Of a stretch of DNA of 64,000 nucleotides, positions 59,524-64,000 are shown one piece after another (within the stretch, counting starts at the first letter, position 1; every line of letters begins with the position of its first letter). Position numbers and translations under genes: made by a program. Below the pieces are notes generated by a model. The model saw only the letters and a list, made by a program, of their open reading frames with translations. It was not told where the DNA came from and ran no database searches. Source of the stretch: an uncultured delta proteobacterium (GTDB taxonomy: Bacteria; Myxococcota; Myxococcia; Myxococcales; Myxococcaceae); contig CAWCKH010000003.1 of NCBI GenBank assembly GCA_963796055.1, positions 352,001 to 416,000 on the forward strand, in the 5' to 3' direction.

Positions 59524-60780
59524 ATGGACGAACGACCGGACCGCGTGGCCGGGGCGATGACCCTGATGACCGGCTTCGCCGAGCGCACCGGTGTGGTCGG
59601 CGAGCGGCCACAGGTCCGGTACCTGTGGACGGACGCCTTCGCGCTCTGCAACCTCGTCGGGCTGGCGCGGGTCCTGGGCAGGCCCGGGCTGCTCCGGCTC
59701 GCCGGGCTGCTGGTGGCCCGCGTCCACCACACGCTCGGACGTCACCGGCCGGACGACGCTCGCGCCGGCTGGATCAGCGGCGCCAGCGACGCCGAGGGCG
59801 AGGCACACCCCACCCGGGGCGGACTGCGCATCGGCAAGCGGCTCCCGGAGCAGGCTCCGGGTCAGCCGGCGGACGACCGCCTGGAGTGGGACCGCGACGG
59901 GCAATACTTTCACTACCTGACGCGCTGGATGCACGGGCTCGACCAGCTCGCGTGCGCAACTGGCGACGCGTCCCTCAACCTCTGGGCCCGCGAGCTCGCC
60001 GCCGCGGCCTTCGCCGGGTTCGTGCTGCCCGGACCGGAAGCGCCCTCTCGGCTGGCCTGGAAGATGAGCATCGACCTCTCGCGGCCGCTGGTCGCCTCGA
60101 TGGGACAGCACGATGCCCTGGACGGGGCCGTCGCCTGCGCCCAGCTACGGCAGACCGCGGCGGCGTTCGGCGCTCCTCCGGAGGGACCCGGGCTGGAGCA
60201 CGAGGAGCGGGTACTGCGGGACATCGCCGAGCGCGTCGCCTGGCCCACCGCGGACCCCCTCGGAATCGGAGGCCTCCTGGCCGATGCCGCGTGGACCGCC
60301 CAGCTCGTCGCCGCCGGGGCGTTCGACGCCCCGCTCCTCCTGCCGCGGCTGCTGGAGTCTGCGCTCCCGGGACTGCAGCACCTCCGCGCCGTCTCCGAGC
60401 TCGAGGGCGACCCGGCCCGCCGGCTGCCCTTTCGTGAGCTGGGGCTGGCCATCGGCCTCGAGGCGCTCGGGGTCGTCGACCTCGCGCTGCAAGCCGCGCC
60501 CGACCGCTTCGCCGAACGAGAACGGACGAAGCGGATGCTCCGCAGCCTCCAGGAGCACCTGCCGTTCGGTGCGGCGCTCCGCGCCTTCTGGCTCGAGCCC
60601 CGGAACCAGAGAGCGCCGACCTGGAGCGACCACCTGGACATCAACGCGGTGATGCTCGCCACGAGCCTGGTGCCGGAGGGTTACCTGGTGCTGCGGGCTC
60701 CCGAGCCGTCGCCGGACGGCGCCGCGGCCGGGGGCGCTCCGGAGCTCACTTCACCGCGCCGGTCGTCATCCCCGAGATGA
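59524..60780 (+). CDS. Conserved hypothetical helical protein (RYLWTDAF / DGQYFHYLT motifs)
   Basis: Long ORF with motif-like blocks RYLWTDAFA, GGLRIGK, DRDGQYFHYLTRW, WKMSIDLSRP, FRELGLAIG and HLDINAVMLATS. Confidence 0.75.
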   Translation: MDERPDRVAGAMTLMTGFAERTGVVGERPQVRYLWTDAFALCNLVGLARVLGRPGLLRLAGLLVARVHHTLGRHRPDDARAGWISGASDAEGEAHPTRGGLRIGKRLPEQAPGQPADDRLEWDRDGQYFHYLTRWMHGLDQLACATGDASLNLWARELAAAAFAGFVLPGPEAPSRLAWKMSIDLSRPLVASMGQHDALDGAVACAQLRQTAAAFGAPPEGPGLEHEERVLRDIAERVAWPTADPLGIGGLLADAAWTAQLVAAGAFDAPLLLPRLLESALPGLQHLRAVSELEGDPARRLPFRELGLAIGLEALGVVDLALQAAPDRFAERERTKRMLRSLQEHLPFGAALRAFWLEPRNQRAPTWSDHLDINAVMLATSLVPEGYLVLRAPEPSPDGAAAGGAPELTSPRRSSSPR

Positions 60781-61861
60781 AGTAGTCCAGTGACAGCGCG
60801 TACACGATGACCACCGGGATGGACCCGAGCACCGCCGCGGCCATCAGCGGGCCCCAGAAGTAGACGTCCCCGCGCACCATGTCGACGGTGATGCCCACCG
60901 GGAGCGTCCGGTTGAAGGTCGAGCTGATGAAGGTCAGCGCGTAGACGTACTCCTGGAAGGACAGGGTGAAGGCGAAGATGGCCGCGGTGAGGATGCCCGG
61001 GAGCACCACCGGGATGACCACCAGCCGCAGCATCTGCAGCCGGGTCGCCCCGTCGAGCAGCGCCCGCTCCTCGATCTCCTTGGGCACGCTCCGGAAGAAC
61101 CCCATCAGCAGCCAGGTGCAGAAGGGAATGGTGAAGGTGGGGTAGCTGAGGATCAGCGACCAGATGCTGTTGTCCAGCTTGAGCGCGCCCACGAACTGCG
61201 AGAAGGGGATGAAGAGGATGGTGGACGGGATGAGGTAGGTGAGGAAGATCGAGATGCCGATCGCGCTGTTCCCGGCGAAGCTCAGCCGGGCCAGGCCGTA
61301 GGCCGCCGGGACCGCGAAGACCAGGGTGATCAGAACCACCATCAGCCCGGTGATCAGGCTCACCTGCATCCAGCGCCAGAATGGGGTGGTGACCAGATAG
61401 CGATAGTGGGTGAGGCTGGGGCTGCGCACATGGATCACCCCCACGACGTCGTTCGGATGGGCCACGTTGCCTGCCGGCACGTCGATCTCGCTCAGGACTC
61501 CGTCCACCGGGCTGAACACCGGCTGATCCCCCACGAAGGCGATCGGCGTGGGGTGACGCTCGCTGTCGGAGCGGGTGGTGTGCGATCCGGGCCCCACGTT
61601 CCAGCGGATCGGACCCTCGGCGTACGAGGCGGGGATGATGATGTCCTTGTGGTAGGGCCGCCCGGTCACGTCGACCTGGCTGAACCAGAACGGGTTCCGC
61701 TGCAGATCGTAGAGGTTGGCATCCGCCTTCAGCGAGGTGACCAGCATCCAGTAGAAGGGGAAGAGCGCAAAGAACAGGAACGGCAGCATCCCTACCCACG
61801 AGGCCAGGTGGGGGCGGAAGCGGCGCCAGAGCAGACGGGTGCGAACGCTGGGAGCCACCAC
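60746..61861 (-). CDS. Carbohydrate ABC permease (MalG/UgpE-like) with an ~85-aa extracytoplasmic insert
   Basis: PFYWMLVTSLK, AAYGLARL, EAA loop PKEIEERALLDGA and GMTTGAVK. Confidence 0.9.
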   Translation of the reverse strand: MVAPSVRTRLLWRRFRPHLASWVGMLPFLFFALFPFYWMLVTSLKADANLYDLQRNPFWFSQVDVTGRPYHKDIIIPASYAEGPIRWNVGPGSHTTRSDSERHPTPIAFVGDQPVFSPVDGVLSEIDVPAGNVAHPNDVVGVIHVRSPSLTHYRYLVTTPFWRWMQVSLITGLMVVLITLVFAVPAAYGLARLSFAGNSAIGISIFLTYLIPSTILFIPFSQFVGALKLDNSIWSLILSYPTFTIPFCTWLLMGFFRSVPKEIEERALLDGATRLQMLRLVVIPVVLPGILTAAIFAFTLSFQEYVYALTFISSTFNRTLPVGITVDMVRGDVYFWGPLMAAAVLGSIPVVIVYALSLDYFISGMTTGAVK

Positions 61862-61865
61862 CTCG

Positions 61866-63197
61866 TCAGGCCTCCTTCCTGAGGAAGCGCAAGATCAGGA
61901 ACACCATCACCGCCATGAGCGGGAACATGAAGAGCGACGTCGCCGCGCCCTTCCCCAGGTAACCGGCGTTCACCCCCAGCTGGTACGCGTACGTCGCGAG
62001 CACCTGGGTCTGATCGAACGGCCCCCCCTTGGTGATGATCCAGATGGTGTTGAAGTCGGTGAAGCTGAAGATCACCGAGAAGAGGAGTGACACCATCAGG
62101 ATGGGACGGACCATCGGACCGATGATGTAGAGGAACCGCTGGAAGGCGTTGGCGCCGTCCAGCCGGGCGCGCTCGAGGATCTCGTCGGGGATCGCGGTGA
62201 GTCCGGCCAGGATGACGATGGCGGTGAACGGGAACCCACGCCACACGTTCACCATCACCACGCTGAACATTGCCCACTGGGGGTCGCCCCGGAAATTGAT
62301 GATGTTCGCCGGGCTGAGGATGCCCCAGTGCACCAGGCACCAGTTGATGACGCTGTAGGTGGAGTCGAGGATCCACAGCCAGGCCTGGGCGCTGATCGCG
62401 ATGGGGATGACCCAGGGGATGACCACCAGGCCACGGAGCAGCCGGCGGGCCCCGAACTTCCGGTTGAGGAGCAGCGCGCAGGGCACGCCGATCATCAACT
62501 TCAAGATCTCCGTCCCGAAGGTGTACTTGAAGGTGTTGACCACCGCGAGCCGGAAGTTGGGGTCCTGCACCACCCCGGTGCCGTTGGTCCGGATCTGCGT
62601 GTTGGCCTTGACCAGGAAGGTCGACTCCAGAGCCTTCTTCAGCGCCGCCCGGTCAGGAAACGGACCGAGGCGGATCGGCTCTTCCGGGGCATGCGCCACC
62701 ACCGCGAATCCGCCCTTGGCCGGATGCACCAGCCAGTCGAGCTCGTTCACCACCGTGTCTGCCTGGAACTCGGCGTCCGAGGCGCTCTCCATGGCGAAGA
62801 GCGGGATGGTGCGCCCGGCGATCGCCACCGAGGTCCGGAAGAGCGCGCTGTCGGGGGTGGTCTCGAGCTTCGCCCCGCTCCGGGCCTGCAGCAGCGCGTC
62901 CGCCTCGGCGCGGGTGGGCACGGTGGCGATGACGAAGTCGTTGGCCCGGACCTCGTAGCTGACCACCTTCGAGTAGTTGTCCAGACCAACCCAGTTCCAT
63001 TTGAGGTGCCCGGCCTCGGCGTCGGTCAGGCTGAGCCAGATCGCCATCAGGAAGGGGTAGGCGATGAAGACGGAGAGGTAGAGAACCGCCGGCAGCACCA
63101 GCACGTATCCCAGGGGCGCTTCCCGCTCGAGGAACGGAGTGCGGGGGACGGCGGGCTGCTCCTCGAGGCGCGCCTGCGCTGCGGGAAGGGTCCTCAG
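61866..63197 (-). CDS. Carbohydrate ABC permease (MalF/UgpA-like) with an ~130-aa extracytoplasmic insert; start possibly CTG
   Basis: WVGLDNY, PWVIP, EAA loop IPDEILERARLDGA, ITKGGP and YQLG. Confidence 0.9.
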   Translation of the reverse strand: MRTLPAAQARLEEQPAVPRTPFLEREAPLGYVLVLPAVLYLSVFIAYPFLMAIWLSLTDAEAGHLKWNWVGLDNYSKVVSYEVRANDFVIATVPTRAEADALLQARSGAKLETTPDSALFRTSVAIAGRTIPLFAMESASDAEFQADTVVNELDWLVHPAKGGFAVVAHAPEEPIRLGPFPDRAALKKALESTFLVKANTQIRTNGTGVVQDPNFRLAVVNTFKYTFGTEILKLMIGVPCALLLNRKFGARRLLRGLVVIPWVIPIAISAQAWLWILDSTYSVINWCLVHWGILSPANIINFRGDPQWAMFSVVMVNVWRGFPFTAIVILAGLTAIPDEILERARLDGANAFQRFLYIIGPMVRPILMVSLLFSVIFSFTDFNTIWIITKGGPFDQTQVLATYAYQLGVNAGYLGKGAATSLFMFPLMAVMVFLILRFLRKEA

Positions 63198-64000
63198 AGC
63201 GCAAACTCCGTCTGCCGGTCGAAGAGGTGCATCTGCGCGGTGTCGAAGAAGAGGTCCACGCTCTGGTGTGGCTTCAGCTCTCCCTGGAGCTCGGTCTCGA
63301 TCTGGAGCAGGCCCGCTTCGCACCGGGCGGTGATGATGGCCTCGTGCCCCAGCGGCTCGACCACGTCGATCACCGCGGGGACCTTCACCCGGGTCCCGTT
63401 GCCCTGGCCACCGAGCTGGATGTGCTCGGGGCGGATACCCACGATCACCGAGCGTCCGCTGGAGCCGGTGATCCGCGGGCGTGGGACCGGCAGGGTGAGG
63501 CTTCCCTTCAGGTCCACCGAGAGGCCCGCCCCCTCCCCTCTCAGCTCGCCTTCGAAGAAGTTCATCGGCGGCGTTCCGATGAACCCGGCCACGAAGCGAT
63601 TCGCCGGACTCCGGTAGGCCTCGAGCGGGGTGGCCACCTGGCAGATCTTCCCCTTGTCCATGATCACAATCCGGTCGCCCATGGTCATCGCCTCGACCTG
63701 GTCGTGGGTGACGTAGATCATGGTGGACTTCACGCTCTGGTGGAGCCGCTTGAGCTCGGTCCGCATGTGGACCCGGAGCTTGGCGTCGAGGTTGGACAGC
63801 GGCTCGTCGAAGAGCAGCACCCCGGCCTGGCGACACAGCGCCGCGCCCACCGCCACCCGCTGGCGCTGGCCGCCGGAGAGGGCCCGGGGCTTGCGCTGGA
63901 GCAGGTCGCTCAGGCCGAGGATGCCGGCCGCCTCCTTCACCCGGCGGTCGATCTCCGACTTCGGCATCCGGCGCAGCTGCAGGGAGAAGGCCATGTTCCG
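63194..64000 (-). CDS. Carbohydrate ABC ATPase (MalK/UgpC-like), 5' end outside the window
   Basis: LSGGQRQRVA, FDEPLSNLDAKLR, YVTHDQVEAMT, FVAGFIGTPPMN and GIRPEH. Confidence 0.93.
   Translation of the reverse strand, partial: RNMAFSLQLRRMPKSEIDRRVKEAAGILGLSDLLQRKPRALSGGQRQRVAVGAALCRQAGVLLFDEPLSNLDAKLRVHMRTELKRLHQSVKSTMIYVTHDQVEAMTMGDRIVIMDKGKICQVATPLEAYRSPANRFVAGFIGTPPMNFFEGELRGEGAGLSVDLKGSLTLPVPRPRITGSSGRSVIVGIRPEHIQLGGQGNGTRVKVPAVIDVVEPLGHEAIITARCEAGLLQIETELQGELKPHQSVDLFFDTAQMHLFDRQTEFAL

Overview
A very GC-rich (visually about 70% or more), gene-dense chromosomal segment of a myxobacterium. The gene order padC-bacP/O/N-agmH-TPR-sgmT-tlyA-dxs-ispA matches what I recall for Myxococcus xanthus. 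Most of the window is conserved core: nadB, pyrE, the bactofilin/PadC cluster, the SgmT kinase, xseAB, an ECF sigma/anti-sigma pair, ExbB/ExbD, aspS, recJ, secF/secD/yajC, tgt/queA/spoIID and tandem KamA radical-SAM genes. Accessory-looking inserts sit at about 24.3-27.3 kb, 41.6 kb, 48-49.5 kb and 54-64 kb. I found no rRNA, tRNA, CRISPR array or transposase. The most unusual features are: (1) a non-coding nested inverted-repeat element between tlyA and dxs, made of two 109-bp self-symmetric arms with helically phased GTTTC/GAAAC-type boxes around a central hairpin; (2) a sugar-type ABC transporter whose two permeases carry unusual extracytoplasmic inserts, a lysine-less lipoyl-like domain in one and three beta-beta-alpha repeats in the other; (3) a deletion junction that truncates both a Ser/Thr kinase and a sigma54 activator; (4) a 25-bp hairpin burying the Shine-Dalgarno sequence of an acyl-CoA dehydrogenase gene; (5) three +1 frameshifts that all fall at GATCTCG. 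All calls come from reading motifs by eye; no searches were run.
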